Shown here: positions 8,612-18,199 of the stretch, piece after piece | How the letters are laid out: the number at the start of each line of letters is the position of its first letter | How positions within the stretch are numbered: the first letter of the stretch is position 1 | IMG/VR virus record: IMGVR_UViG_3300032046_000019 | Span: 5,321 to 69,320 of that record | Source: a virus | Reading direction: 5' to 3' (one strand) | Length of the DNA stretch: 64,000 nt | The notes under the pieces: generated by a model | Seen by the model: only the letters and a program-made list of their open reading frames with translations | Databases searched by the model: none | What the model was told of the DNA's origin: nothing | Program-made: the position numbers and the translations under genes

Positions 8612-9136
8612 CTATAAAAAAATGGTTTGCACCAGAAGTGGTAGCAAAGAAAGAATGGTTTTGGCTGGCTATTCGGACTTTTTGTTTATTGGCAAATAAT
8701 TACTAGACGTGGCAATCAATCAATGATAAATCGCTCCTAAAAGTTCCAATCAAAAGAAACAAGAGACAACAAAAAAATGAAAATCACCAAAGAATATCTT
8801 GCCAAGGTCATCAGAGAAGTTTTGAAAGAACAGGTTGAAGATGAAAATGATTTAAATCCAGTCTTTAATAAGGTTGTCAATTCTATTATTAAAAATGGAA
8901 AAAGAATTACAATAAAACTAGGTAATGGAGAACCATTAAGTGACGAAGCTTGGAAAGTAAATAATTCTGTATACAGAAAAAATTTAGAAGATGGTTCTGA
9001 GTATATTATTAATAAAGCAATGGGTCTTATTATCAAGAAAACTTCCAGTGGAGAAGTTGAAATAAAAAATGGCACAATAGAAGATCTCAAAAATTTAGCT
9101 TACAATCCATTTCAATAACAAAACCCTTGTCAACTA
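8595..9136. repeat. 20-bp direct repeat (8595-8614, 9117-9136) flanking a one-gene cassette
   Basis: aacaaaacccttgtcaacta identical at both positions. Confidence 0.85.
8777..9118 (+). CDS. MKIT-leader protein (putative head-packaged cargo)
   Basis: MKITKEYLAKVIREVLKEQ; antisense to flanking cluster. Confidence 0.75.
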   Translation: MKITKEYLAKVIREVLKEQVEDENDLNPVFNKVVNSIIKNGKRITIKLGNGEPLSDEAWKVNNSVYRKNLEDGSEYIINKAMGLIIKKTSSGEVEIKNGTIEDLKNLAYNPFQ

Positions 9137-9188
9137 AAAGTTAAATTATTTTTTTACAAATTTCTTGTTTTATTATATAATTTATAAT

Positions 9189-9779
9189 ATGACCACAAAC
9201 AAATTATCAACATTAATAAAAAACTTCATGTTGTTTATTTTGTGTTCTTTTTTATGTTTTAATTCAAAATGTTATCAAACCACAGTGTCTCGTAATTTAA
9301 TTATCTCAAACCTAACATACACAACAGAGGTCAACAATGTAATTGATGCCTGGAATTCTTCTGTTTATTTAAATCAATTTAATATTGAAAATAATTGTAA
9401 TATTAATGAATTATATTATTCTTTTTTACCTGATGAGGAATTTGTATTACGCTCAGATGGATACTGCCCCATCACATCTCCTGATGCACCAAAACATGAA
9501 TGTAATCAAAGATTCGGTTATGCTTATGCTTTTTATTCACGAGATGAACAAGTACTTTATTTGACAAGTAATATTTTAAATAAAAAATTCAATGAGCAAT
9601 TTGTTTATTATTTAATTAGACACGAAACAGTACATTGGTTATCAACTTGTACTAGACATGAAGAATCAAGTTATTTATTTGATAATTCTGATTCTAGTCA
9701 CTTAGATGGAAGACTTTGGTTTGGTACATATTCTGTTTTAGAACAGAGTTCTTTAACTACAAATTTAATGATTTATTAA
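9189..9779 (+). CDS. exported HExxH zinc-metallopeptidase-like protein
   Basis: N-terminal hydrophobic signal; YLIRHETVHWL. Confidence 0.6.
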   Translation: MTTNKLSTLIKNFMLFILCSFLCFNSKCYQTTVSRNLIISNLTYTTEVNNVIDAWNSSVYLNQFNIENNCNINELYYSFLPDEEFVLRSDGYCPITSPDAPKHECNQRFGYAYAFYSRDEQVLYLTSNILNKKFNEQFVYYLIRHETVHWLSTCTRHEESSYLFDNSDSSHLDGRLWFGTYSVLEQSSLTTNLMIY

Positions 9780-10294
9780 AATCTAATTTCTTTATCTAGG
9801 AAATTTTTTAAGTCTTTTCTGACGCCCTTTACAAATTGTTCTGTAGAAACTTGTTTATTAATCTTGTTACTAATATCTAAAGTTTCAACTTCAACCAATC
9901 CGTTATTTATTTTTTCATACACTTGGCTTATGGAATTATAAAATTTTTCATCTAAAGAAGAATCTGAGAATATTCCTATTCCCATTCTTTCCAAGAGGCT
10001 TGGATTGCATCTTTCTAATTTATTTTTTTCTAGAGAATAAAAATTCAAAGAAACATTGGGGGCTATTAACTGTTCGTTATCGTTTAATTCGATACCAACA
10101 TATAAATGTAAAAATCTTTTATTTAACTTTATTGATACTTCAATATCACTGTCGCTGTCATCATTATTTTGGTTATATAATAGTTCCGTAACCCTGTGTG
10201 ATAATGATGGCTCAAAAGTAACATAATAAAGATTTCCTTCCTTTAAGGAAGATTTTAAGTCTTTATATGTGTTTAATTTAACTTTTTTAATCAT
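9776..10294 (-). CDS. hypothetical protein, FYSxxKN paralog family
   Basis: LKEGNLYYV...HLYVG...LNFYSLEKN; similar to 12741..13241. Confidence 0.75.
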   Translation of the reverse strand: MIKKVKLNTYKDLKSSLKEGNLYYVTFEPSLSHRVTELLYNQNNDDSDSDIEVSIKLNKRFLHLYVGIELNDNEQLIAPNVSLNFYSLEKNKLERCNPSLLERMGIGIFSDSSLDEKFYNSISQVYEKINNGLVEVETLDISNKINKQVSTEQFVKGVRKDLKNFLDKEIRF

Positions 10295-10962
10295 TTTTTA
10301 TTTATTATTTTTTTTATCGTATTTAATTCAGTTTTGGAAAACAAATTATTTTTTCCTTCTTTGTATTCAGTGTTTATTTTAAATACAGAAAAGTATTCTG
10401 TGCCATCGGATGTTTTGTGTGAGTTGTCTCCAACTGTAATTGTGAAATTTTCATTTTTATCAAAATTATAAAAATCTAAAACATACTTTATTGGGAAAGA
10501 ATCTTCAGGACTTTCTTCAATAGATTTTAATACACACAAATCTTCCTTAGAGGGTATAGTTTTAAACAAAGCAGGAGTTGGATTAGGAGTTAGATTTGTA
10601 GTATAATATCCATTAATTTTATTACGTAAATAATCCGTGTTATCTATAACATAATAGAGTTGTTTTTCTTCACACAACTTTAAATTCGTTTTTTTACTTA
10701 AATTTAAGTGTCTATATGGCAATGAAGATAGATATTCTTCGGATAAATCTTCTGTGGGATGTTTTTTCTCTATCATAGTTTTTATAGAATATTCATCTGT
10801 TGTTGTTATAGATGTTGGCCAACTAATACTGGTAGTTGTATTGTTTGGTGATATTGTTATGCTTGTATTATTTGTATTATAAGGCAACGTTATTGTGTTT
10901 GTACTTATAGTTTTGTTCACTCGGTATGTGTTGCTTGTGTCTATATTTGTATTTTTCGTCAT
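10291..10962 (-). CDS. hypothetical protein, Thr-rich N-terminus plus FYSxxKN domain
   Basis: EKQLYYV...CVLKS...LDFYNFDKNENF. Confidence 0.7.
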   Translation of the reverse strand: MTKNTNIDTSNTYRVNKTISTNTITLPYNTNNTSITISPNNTTTSISWPTSITTTDEYSIKTMIEKKHPTEDLSEEYLSSLPYRHLNLSKKTNLKLCEEKQLYYVIDNTDYLRNKINGYYTTNLTPNPTPALFKTIPSKEDLCVLKSIEESPEDSFPIKYVLDFYNFDKNENFTITVGDNSHKTSDGTEYFSVFKINTEYKEGKNNLFSKTELNTIKKIINKK

Positions 10963-11071
10963 TGTTTTTTTCCTAGTTGTTGTTGTTGATAATACCTAGT
11001 CTTAAATTTGTTTTAAACTATAACAATCAATCACTAATTGTGGTTAGTTTTTTGTAGAAGTATGCTATTTG

Positions 11072-11250
11072 CTATTTATATTCTCCAAATATTGCAATGC
11101 ATAATTCATAATCACGATTAGAATTAGATAAACCTCCATTCCACTAAACAGGACAAGATTGTCCATGACCCACCTTGCATCCATGTGTACTACAACATAT
11201 GCCTTCATGACTTTTAATTTCAGATGCATAAAGTTTTGGGTTTGTTCTGC
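11072..11250 (-). pseudogene. remnant of a small Cys/His-rich gene
   Basis: SHEGICCSTHGCKVGHGQSCPV*WNGG...YELC with internal TAG (11144-11146) and no start. Confidence 0.4.
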
Positions 11251-11255
11251 TTAAA

Positions 11256-11606
11256 TTAATCTTCCACCTTAATTAATTTTCCATAAATATTCTTTGCAGG
11301 TGTCCAACCATTCACATGACCTCGATTATTGCTTATCTGAAATTGCAACGTATTCTTTTCTTCTTTATTGCTTAAAACTCCCTTGATTGCTGTGACCAAG
11401 TGCAACATTTGTCTGCCATTCACTTTACATAAAACGGCATCACCAGTTTGAATTGACTCAATGCCTTTTTCGAGTTTTGAAATCGGAATAATAGTAACTT
11501 CTTGTTTATCGAAGATAATTGGTTTCATTGAATTACCCCGAGGTCTAAAGACTACATCTTCACCCTCAAGAAGTTTTTTTACATGATGTTCTGTTCCGTC
11601 TCCCAT
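11256..11606 (-). CDS. S24/S26 peptidase-like protein
   Basis: RGNSMKP, GDAVLCKV, LHLV, NNRGHVNGW. Confidence 0.7.
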   Translation of the reverse strand: MGDGTEHHVKKLLEGEDVVFRPRGNSMKPIIFDKQEVTIIPISKLEKGIESIQTGDAVLCKVNGRQMLHLVTAIKGVLSNKEEKNTLQFQISNNRGHVNGWTPAKNIYGKLIKVED

Positions 11607-11794
11607 AATATTTTTCCTTTTATTCTACTAAAATTATTTTTCTTCAAATGTTGTTTTTATCTTTGTTGGATACTGGTCGAATTGGAATCCACATAATTTA
11701 TATTCTTCTCTTTCTTTGTATTCGATAGAATCTGGAATGACAGTTTTTAACTTTCGTTTATTTTTTAACGAGTGAGGGTACGTCAATTTTAATT

Positions 11795-12085
11795 TTATTC
11801 TTCTCCAATTCCATCTTCGTATCTGCATGGGCATGTTGTACCAAGATGATGAATTCCTGTGTCATAACAACCGGAACAAGAGAAATCAAGTAATTCTTTA
11901 TAGTTTGGTTTGTTTTTTCTATTTCCCTTTACGAAATCATAACCAACGATTGCAATGCATATACTTGCACCAACAACAACCAATAATGGAGATAACATGA
12001 TTATCAATGTTCGTTTAAAACCTTTTATCTTGCCAGTTTCAAAATTTTCATAAATCTCTCCAGGCAATTCATATATTTTGCTCAT
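11795..12085 (-). CDS. membrane protein with Cys-rich tail
   Basis: one TM helix; CSGC...CPC. Confidence 0.6.
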   Translation of the reverse strand: MSKIYELPGEIYENFETGKIKGFKRTLIIMLSPLLVVVGASICIAIVGYDFVKGNRKNKPNYKELLDFSCSGCYDTGIHHLGTTCPCRYEDGIGEE

Positions 12086-12384
12086 TTTAAATCTTTTACC
12101 ATAATATTATTTAATGAATAAATAATTGTACCTGTTGGATGTTGTTTGTCCCATTCTTCCAAGTCTACAATCTGATACCAATCCTCTGGATGTCCATTTA
12201 CGCTTAGGATTGTTCGTGTTTCTTTTATTTGTCCTTTTCGTGGACCCTTGGTGAAATATTGATGTTCTTCTTTAGTTTGAATTCTGCTATTCGCTTCCTC
12301 AAAAGTTTCAAAAAAACCAATCCAATCTTCTGTTCCTTGTTGTGGGTAATGAACACTGCCAGCAATTAATAAAAATTTTTTCAT
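12082..12384 (-). CDS. hypothetical protein
   Basis: 100 aa; FLLIAG..YP..G..DW...DWYQIVDL pattern typical of small phage proteins. Confidence 0.7.
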   Translation of the reverse strand: MKKFLLIAGSVHYPQQGTEDWIGFFETFEEANSRIQTKEEHQYFTKGPRKGQIKETRTILSVNGHPEDWYQIVDLEEWDKQHPTGTIIYSLNNIMVKDLK

Positions 12385-12394
12385 TTATTTTCCT

Positions 12395-12763
12395 TTATTT
12401 TCCTTTTAATATTTCTTCTACCAATGGAAGTTTAGCTTCCGTCCATTTAATCATTTCTTCTGATTCTGATGCGAAGAAACATTTTAGTGTATTGTTTTCA
12501 TCTATTTTTAAATTAATTTTTAATTTTGAGTTATTATAATCATTTGTAAAATCTTCTTCTCTGTATTCGCTTAGTGAATCTTTTTCAAAGACAAAAGGCA
12601 AAATAACATCAAACTCTTTCATATTTAAAATTTCCAATACTTTATCTACTTGGTCTTTTGAAGAAATATTTGCATAAAAATATACATATTCCTTAGCAAG
12701 AAGCATTGGTGGATCAATCATTACTTCTAAAACATAATATTTATTTTGTACTTCGTTGCTCAT
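12395..12763 (-). CDS. hypothetical protein
   Basis: 122-aa ORF in operon. Confidence 0.65.
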   Translation of the reverse strand: MSNEVQNKYYVLEVMIDPPMLLAKEYVYFYANISSKDQVDKVLEILNMKEFDVILPFVFEKDSLSEYREEDFTNDYNNSKLKINLKIDENNTLKCFFASESEEMIKWTEAKLPLVEEILKGK

Positions 12764-13241
12764 ATGAAATGGTTCCTGTTGTGTTTGTTATTTCTCTTAA
12801 AAGATCATTTGTGGCCGCGTCTATTTGTTTAGCTTCGTCTTGCGCAAGACATTCTTTTTCTTCACTAGATAAAAACAAAGCAGCTTCTTCAATTTTTTCT
12901 TTATTTTCTTCTATTTCAAAAATCCCATATTCGGCTAAATTTATTAAATTAATTTTTATATGTTTGTTTGAAGCCACAGAGTGAAAAACAACACTCTTGG
13001 AATTTTTTCCTATGTCGGCATTTAAATCTTCTTCTATTCCAAGATAAAAATACAAGTGTTTTATACTGAAATCAATTTTTATATCAAAGTCTTTTTTAGG
13101 ATCTGCTTGTTGGATAGCATTTATAAAATGATTAAATCCAGCGATCTTAACAACATAATAATGTTCTCCTTCTTTTAACTTAGCAAGATCACTATGTGAT
13201 TTTAACTCAACTTTTCGTTCTTCAATAGTTGCCATTTTCAT
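12741..13241 (-). CDS. hypothetical protein, FYSxxKN paralog family
   Basis: LKEGEHYYVV...YFYLG...VVFHSVASN. Confidence 0.7.
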   Translation of the reverse strand: MKMATIEERKVELKSHSDLAKLKEGEHYYVVKIAGFNHFINAIQQADPKKDFDIKIDFSIKHLYFYLGIEEDLNADIGKNSKSVVFHSVASNKHIKINLINLAEYGIFEIEENKEKIEEAALFLSSEEKECLAQDEAKQIDAATNDLLREITNTTGTISYEQRSTK

Positions 13242-13265
13242 TTTATTTCTTTATCTATTTTTGTT

Positions 13266-13496
13266 TTATTTAAAATTTGGTTGTCCAAATCTACTACTAA
13301 ATTGATTGTTTTCTATATATTCATTGCCTATTGAACCAATTGGGTTTGGTTTATAATGAGTGCCTGCTCCTAATTTATATGAATTAAATAAAGTCAATTC
13401 TTTTTCTAGTTCTAAATTTTTTTCTTTAGCCAATTTAAGCTCGGCCAATAAATCAAAAATTCTTTTTTCATAATCAATAATTTCTAATTGTGTCAT
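13266..13496 (-). CDS. small coiled-coil protein
   Basis: heptad pattern in N-terminal half. Confidence 0.6.
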   Translation of the reverse strand: MTQLEIIDYEKRIFDLLAELKLAKEKNLELEKELTLFNSYKLGAGTHYKPNPIGSIGNEYIENNQFSSRFGQPNFK

Positions 13497-13497
13497 T

Positions 13498-14655
13498 TCA
13501 AAATTCTCTTTCTTTTGTTTTCCAGAATTTGATAGCTACACCAAAACGAGGGACTTTTTCTTCTGGTGTTAATTCTTGATATCGTATCGTAACTAAAGTT
13601 CCTATATACTCTGTTTTATTTAAAAGAAGTTCTCTGTAAGAGTCTCTGTTCCCTCTCATGTTTGCTTTGAAAATTTTTCCACGAGAATCTTTACAAAAAA
13701 CTCTACCAGCCATACCAGAACGGTTTCCAACTCCTTCTGTAATATCTGTTATAATAAACTCGTCATCAACAAAATCTTTTCTTTTAAGAAGTTGTTTAGA
13801 GCGTTTGTTTTCATAATTTACACTAGAGAACCGGATCATTTGACCTTCATATCCCTGTTCTACATAGTCTCTAAAAAGTTCATCTAGACTCTCTTTGTTT
13901 TGCACTTTGGTAGTTTCGACAATTTTTATATATTTTTGTGCTAAATTATTTGTTTTATACAAATTTTCTTTAATAAGATTTTCTAAAGATTCAAATCTTT
14001 TTTCAAAAGAACCAACTATTGTTGGAAAATCATAAACCCAATATTGCAAATATTTCTTGGATTTATCAAAATCTACTGGTGTTGGTTTTGATTTTTTTGC
14101 AATTGAAATTATTTCATTAAAATTATCAGATAATTTATCCGAATATAGTTCTCCATCAAAAACAAATTCTGGGTTTATGTCAAACAATGGTTGAAGTGTT
14201 TCTGAAATATGTGGTGCCGAGATAATTGGCTTACCTTCCCTGCTCCACATTCCTTCTTTATTAACAATACATCTTAAGCCGTCTATTTTTGGCTGACTGA
14301 AAACAATATTTGAATAATAATCTGATTGTGTGACGACGCAATCTATAAGATACTTTTTTGCCAACATTGGTCTAAAATAATTGTCTTCGGAAATATTATC
14401 ATCTAAAGTTTCTTTATAATTTCCTTGAGCAAGTTTCTTTTTATAGTTTGTAGCAACTTCGAGTATACACTGTACTTCCTCAGAAGTTTCATTTGCTTTG
14501 CCTAAATTTTTGCGTGTACAAGTGGTCCATTCAGCAACAACCATTTTTCCATTTAATTTACCCGAGATTGTTCTGTAGGACTTTCTGTCTGGTGATATTT
14601 CTTGTTGCCAGGTTTGTATTGAACCTGTTGCAGTTTGTTTATATAGTGTTTGCAT
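13498..14655 (-). CDS. lig: ATP-dependent DNA ligase
   Basis: PMLAK, motif I QPKIDGLR, FDGELY, YEGQMIR, LLKRKDF, OB tail; start MQTLYK after AAGGAG SD. Confidence 0.93.
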   Translation of the reverse strand: MQTLYKQTATGSIQTWQQEISPDRKSYRTISGKLNGKMVVAEWTTCTRKNLGKANETSEEVQCILEVATNYKKKLAQGNYKETLDDNISEDNYFRPMLAKKYLIDCVVTQSDYYSNIVFSQPKIDGLRCIVNKEGMWSREGKPIISAPHISETLQPLFDINPEFVFDGELYSDKLSDNFNEIISIAKKSKPTPVDFDKSKKYLQYWVYDFPTIVGSFEKRFESLENLIKENLYKTNNLAQKYIKIVETTKVQNKESLDELFRDYVEQGYEGQMIRFSSVNYENKRSKQLLKRKDFVDDEFIITDITEGVGNRSGMAGRVFCKDSRGKIFKANMRGNRDSYRELLLNKTEYIGTLVTIRYQELTPEEKVPRFGVAIKFWKTKEREF

Positions 14656-14796
14656 TGTTCTCCTTGATTCATCATAGGATAGCACATGAAACGTTGAGTG
14701 CAAGATATTTCTTTTATGTGAAAAAAATGACACAATAATAATTTTTTTATTTTTAGGCAAATATAAATATTTGCCTTTCACTTGGAAAAATAAAAT

Positions 14797-15081
14797 ATGA
14801 AAATTACAACACAACAATTAAGAAAAATTATAAAAGAAGAAATTGAAAAATATAATTCTTTTCCTTCCAAGGAAGATATAATGTTAGCAGTAAGAAAATA
14901 TGCAAAAGGTTCTGGTATTCCTTGGAATATACTTGATGAATTCTCAGACGCTGATATTATTAATGGAGTACTTTCTGATGATATTTCAATAGCAGAGGGT
15001 ATATTTGAGGTTGAAAAATGGTTGGGAGCAAAATGGAGAATTAGTCGTAGTCGTGATCGTGAAAAACAACACGATATATAA
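14797..15081 (+). CDS. MKIT-leader protein, paralog of 22674..22955
   Basis: MKITTQQLRKIIKEEIE; upstream hairpin GGCAAATA-TAAA-TATTTGCC. Confidence 0.8.
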   Translation: MKITTQQLRKIIKEEIEKYNSFPSKEDIMLAVRKYAKGSGIPWNILDEFSDADIINGVLSDDISIAEGIFEVEKWLGAKWRISRSRDREKQHDI

Positions 15082-15141
15082 TAATAAATTTTTCAATTTC
15101 ATCTTCTTTTATATCTTCTATTGGTCATAATGTTTCAAGTG

Positions 15142-15528
15142 TCATTTGATGTTCTTGTATCTTTGATTTAATTCTTTCAGGGCTTTCAAGCAAGTTTTCT
15201 CTGAGTTATACTTGACTCCTTCCAAAAACCACTGTTTTGATCCGTCATTCCATTCACAAGCCGGACCATCTTCTCTGTGAAGTTTTCCATTCAAACACCA
15301 CTCTTTTAATCCATCATTCCATTCAATTGCCGGACCATCAACTCTGTGATAATTTCCATTCAAAAACCACTGTTTTGATCCATCACTTCCAATATGTGCC
15401 GGACCATCTTCTCTGTGAAGATTTCCATTCAAATACCAATATTTGGTTCCATCGGAATAAAATTCAATCTCCTTACGTTGAAGGGGATCGTTCTTAATAT
15501 ATCTTTTAAATAATATGTGGGTTTTCAT
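15142..15528 (-). CDS. MORN-like HREDGPA repeat protein
   Basis: three 23-aa (69-nt) repeats W(Y/F)LNGxxHRxDGPA. Confidence 0.85.
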   Translation of the reverse strand: MKTHILFKRYIKNDPLQRKEIEFYSDGTKYWYLNGNLHREDGPAHIGSDGSKQWFLNGNYHRVDGPAIEWNDGLKEWCLNGKLHREDGPACEWNDGSKQWFLEGVKYNSEKTCLKALKELNQRYKNIK

Positions 15529-15893
15529 CTTTTATACTCTTTCAAGGCTTCCCGGTGTTCTTTTTCAGAAAGAAATCTATTTCCATTCAAAAACCACTGT
15601 TTTGTTCCATTACTATATTCACATGCCGGACCATCTTCTCTGTGAAGATTTCCATTCAAATACCAAGATTTTGTTCCATCACTATATTCACATGCCGGAC
15701 CATCTTCTCTGTGATGTTTTCCATTTAAAAACCAATGTTTTGTTCCATCACTTCTTTCAATTGCCGGACCATCTTCCCTATGAAGTTTTCCATTCAAAAA
15801 CCAATATTTGGTTCCATTAACATGGAATCCAATCTCCCTAATTTGACTGGGATCGTTTTTAATATATCTTTTAAAATTAATAGCGGTTTTCAT
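15525..15893 (-). CDS. MORN-like HREDGPA repeat protein (tandem paralog)
   Basis: same N-terminus MKTxIxFKRYIKNDP and three 69-nt repeats. Confidence 0.85.
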   Translation of the reverse strand: MKTAINFKRYIKNDPSQIREIGFHVNGTKYWFLNGKLHREDGPAIERSDGTKHWFLNGKHHREDGPACEYSDGTKSWYLNGNLHREDGPACEYSNGTKQWFLNGNRFLSEKEHREALKEYKR

Positions 15894-15903
15894 CTGTTTG
15901 TTT

Positions 15904-16263
15904 TCATTTCAATTTCCAAACTCTCCAAAAACTTGAGTCATAAAAAGCGTCTACTTTTATTTTTATTTCTTCATTGTCTTCTATGTTGTAGAATAATAAA
16001 TCAAACGTAATTGGAATTGTTTGAGATTCCTTTGTTTCTTTTAAAATACAAGATGTTTTTGGGGTCTTGGGGTTTAATGGTGCATTTGGATGTGCTTTTT
16101 CAATTAGAAATATTGAACCTATTTCTAATTGTCTAAAGGCAGAAACGAAATTTAAATTCAAAAAATGTAATTTTTCATCTTCTGACTCCTTTTTGTGAAC
16201 AAAGACATAATTGTTTACAAATTTTTCAATTTCATCTTCTTTTATATCTTCTACATTGGTCAT
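15904..16263 (-). CDS. hypothetical protein, FYSxxKN paralog family
   Basis: LEIGSIFLI...CILKE...LLFYNIEDNEEI. Confidence 0.7.
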   Translation of the reverse strand: MTNVEDIKEDEIEKFVNNYVFVHKKESEDEKLHFLNLNFVSAFRQLEIGSIFLIEKAHPNAPLNPKTPKTSCILKETKESQTIPITFDLLFYNIEDNEEIKIKVDAFYDSSFWRVWKLK

Positions 16264-16302
16264 AATGTTTCCAATTAAATTTAAAGTAATTCTTTTAATT
16301 TT

Positions 16303-16575
16303 TCATTTTATTCTAGGTGGTATTGTTGAATATTTTTTTATTACTGCTGCTTCATCTACACTAACACTAACTGCTTGTTGTAATTCTTGGGAGTCATATT
16401 CGGTATATTTTTTATCAATTGAAAATTTCAATATAGAGAAAATTACATTTTTTTCATCTTCGCGCGTTTTAACACTAGAACCGAATTGCCTTTTATTGGT
16501 TTCGTAAAATGACTTGCATAGAGTTTTTGAAATAACCAACAGGTCTCCATATTTTAAATTATTTTTTTCAATCAT
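16303..16575 (-). CDS. hypothetical protein
   Basis: 90-aa ORF in operon. Confidence 0.55.
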   Translation of the reverse strand: MIEKNNLKYGDLLVISKTLCKSFYETNKRQFGSSVKTREDEKNVIFSILKFSIDKKYTEYDSQELQQAVSVSVDEAAVIKKYSTIPPRIK

Positions 16576-16850
16576 TATTTAATTGCTTCTTCCAACATTT
16601 CAGAAAATATTCTTATAATATATTGATCATAATCTTTTGGATTTTCTATTATATCTAATAAGTCTTTACATGTTTGTTTATCTTTTAATAAATTAGAAAA
16701 TTTTTCTTTAAAATCTTCTCTTTTTTCTTGTCTAAATGTTTCATAACATTCGTTTGTACAAATTTCGTTTTCCCAACCAACTAACCCACAAGAACCACAT
16801 GCATGAAACATGTTTTTGCAAACTTTGCACTCTGTATTTCTTCTACTCAT
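16575..16850 (-). CDS. Cys-rich zinc-binding protein
   Basis: CKVC...CGSC...CTNEC. Confidence 0.7.
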   Translation of the reverse strand: MSRRNTECKVCKNMFHACGSCGLVGWENEICTNECYETFRQEKREDFKEKFSNLLKDKQTCKDLLDIIENPKDYDQYIIRIFSEMLEEAIK

Positions 16851-17398
16851 TTGTTTTCCTCTAGGTTAAATTCTTTATTTTTAATCATATCCAGTATTCT
16901 TATATGTGCGTATTCGTCTGCTTCTATTTCATCATAACTAACATTATGGTTAATAAGAAGGTTTTTTATTTCCTGATCTTTTTCAAGTGCTTCTTCGTAA
17001 GTTTGATTTCTTCCACGAGGATCATATGCTTTGACTCTTTTTAAGAAAAAATTATAATTTTCATAGCTATCAAAAATTTCTTTTGTTAAAAGAGGAAACG
17101 AAGAGTAATAATCTTGTGGCATATAAGACAAACACATTAAAATAGGACTATCGGTAATACAATAATCAACTTGCTCTACTAAAATTTTTTGTTTTTGTTC
17201 TTGTTTGGCCAGCAATAATAATTGATTACTAAATGTTGTAGGATGTTGTCTTTCCCAAACTAATTGTTTTGCATATTCCGTAATAAGCTCAACACTGTAT
17301 TGTTGTAATTTCATTATATTGAATAACCCTGAACTAGTTGTGCTTTTTCCTGTGCCTGGTCCTGCCCACATGTTTATTACTTTTAGTTTTTTATTCAT
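16847..17398 (-). CDS. P-loop NTPase/kinase (NadR/AAA_28-like)
   Basis: Walker A GPGTGKST, EYAK, ITDSP, GRNQT. Confidence 0.85.
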   Translation of the reverse strand: MNKKLKVINMWAGPGTGKSTTSSGLFNIMKLQQYSVELITEYAKQLVWERQHPTTFSNQLLLLAKQEQKQKILVEQVDYCITDSPILMCLSYMPQDYYSSFPLLTKEIFDSYENYNFFLKRVKAYDPRGRNQTYEEALEKDQEIKNLLINHNVSYDEIEADEYAHIRILDMIKNKEFNLEENK

Positions 17399-17604
17399 TA
17401 TAAATCTCCCCAAACACAATTTGCTATATATTCTAATTCATCTTCTAAATTATAAGATTTTGCTAATTTTATTATGTCTTCATCATTAATCCACTGGTAT
17501 CTTTCGGTACTTAACCTAAAATATGAGTTTTTAGCTGACAAATACAGTCTCTCCCGACCCTCGGAAAATCTATTTATTTCTTCTTCGGTAAAACCTTTAT
17601 ACAA
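17398..17604 (-). CDS. small hypothetical protein
   Basis: 68 aa, coupled to neighbours. Confidence 0.55.
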   Translation of the reverse strand: MYKGFTEEEINRFSEGRERLYLSAKNSYFRLSTERYQWINDEDIIKLAKSYNLEDELEYIANCVWGDL

Positions 17605-17788
17605 AGTTGTTCTCTATTTTGTCTTCAAAACACTTTATACAAACATGAAATTTATGTGTATTTGATGCATTGTTTGGTGTATGCCTACGAAAACTTGAGT
17701 CATACTCCTCTTTTAAAGGAGGAGAAATAATTATTGCTCCAGGTTCTAATAATTTTTCATTACAAAATACACAACAAAATTCAAACAT
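17597..17788 (-). CDS. small zinc-finger protein
   Basis: CVFC...PGAIIISPP...HVCIKC. Confidence 0.65.
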   Translation of the reverse strand: MFEFCCVFCNEKLLEPGAIIISPPLKEEYDSSFRRHTPNNASNTHKFHVCIKCFEDKIENNFV

Positions 17789-17803
17789 TTTCTTTTTCTT
17801 TCT

Positions 17804-18199
17804 TTATTCAACTAGCTTATTACATAAGTTCTTATAATACTCTATATCATATAGGAATTTTACCAACCAATTTCCTTGAAAATCTTTTGGTTCTATGTTA
17901 TAAGTAAACATGCCGATTTGTGAACCCAGAATATAAAATCCGTGTTTTGAACCATCTGTGCCTTCAGATAATATCAAACGAATTTGTATCCCTAAGTCTT
18001 TTAGTTCCAAAACTTCGTTTTCCCAGAAAAAGAACAGTTCAGGACAAGAAGTTGGTTCTTGTAATATATCTTCTTTTGTCATCCAGTCATACTCTGGATT
18101 ACCGGCGTGAATACTACTCCATGAAGTTTCTACTATAAACCCTTTGTTTTTTGCCTCTTTTTCAACAAGATCAACATATTCTTCACACCACTTTATCAT
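17804..18199 (-). CDS. hypothetical protein
   Basis: 131-aa ORF. Confidence 0.65.
   Translation of the reverse strand: MIKWCEEYVDLVEKEAKNKGFIVETSWSSIHAGNPEYDWMTKEDILQEPTSCPELFFFWENEVLELKDLGIQIRLILSEGTDGSKHGFYILGSQIGMFTYNIEPKDFQGNWLVKFLYDIEYYKNLCNKLVE

Noticed and set aside
8615-8770. tRNA or ncRNA in the intergenic stretch inside the repeat-flanked cassette
   Set aside because: No cloverleaf, T-loop GTTCRA or convincing long stem found by eye.
13498-14817. ORF-track N-terminal extensions (ligase, helicase, patatin, exonuclease, DNase)
   Set aside because: Extensions run through promoters or opposite-strand genes; downstream ATGs fit SD or leaderless geometry better.
15142-15893. CRISPR array or DGR template/variable repeat
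   Set aside because: Repeats are in-frame coding units without unique spacers; no reverse transcriptase or cas gene in the window.
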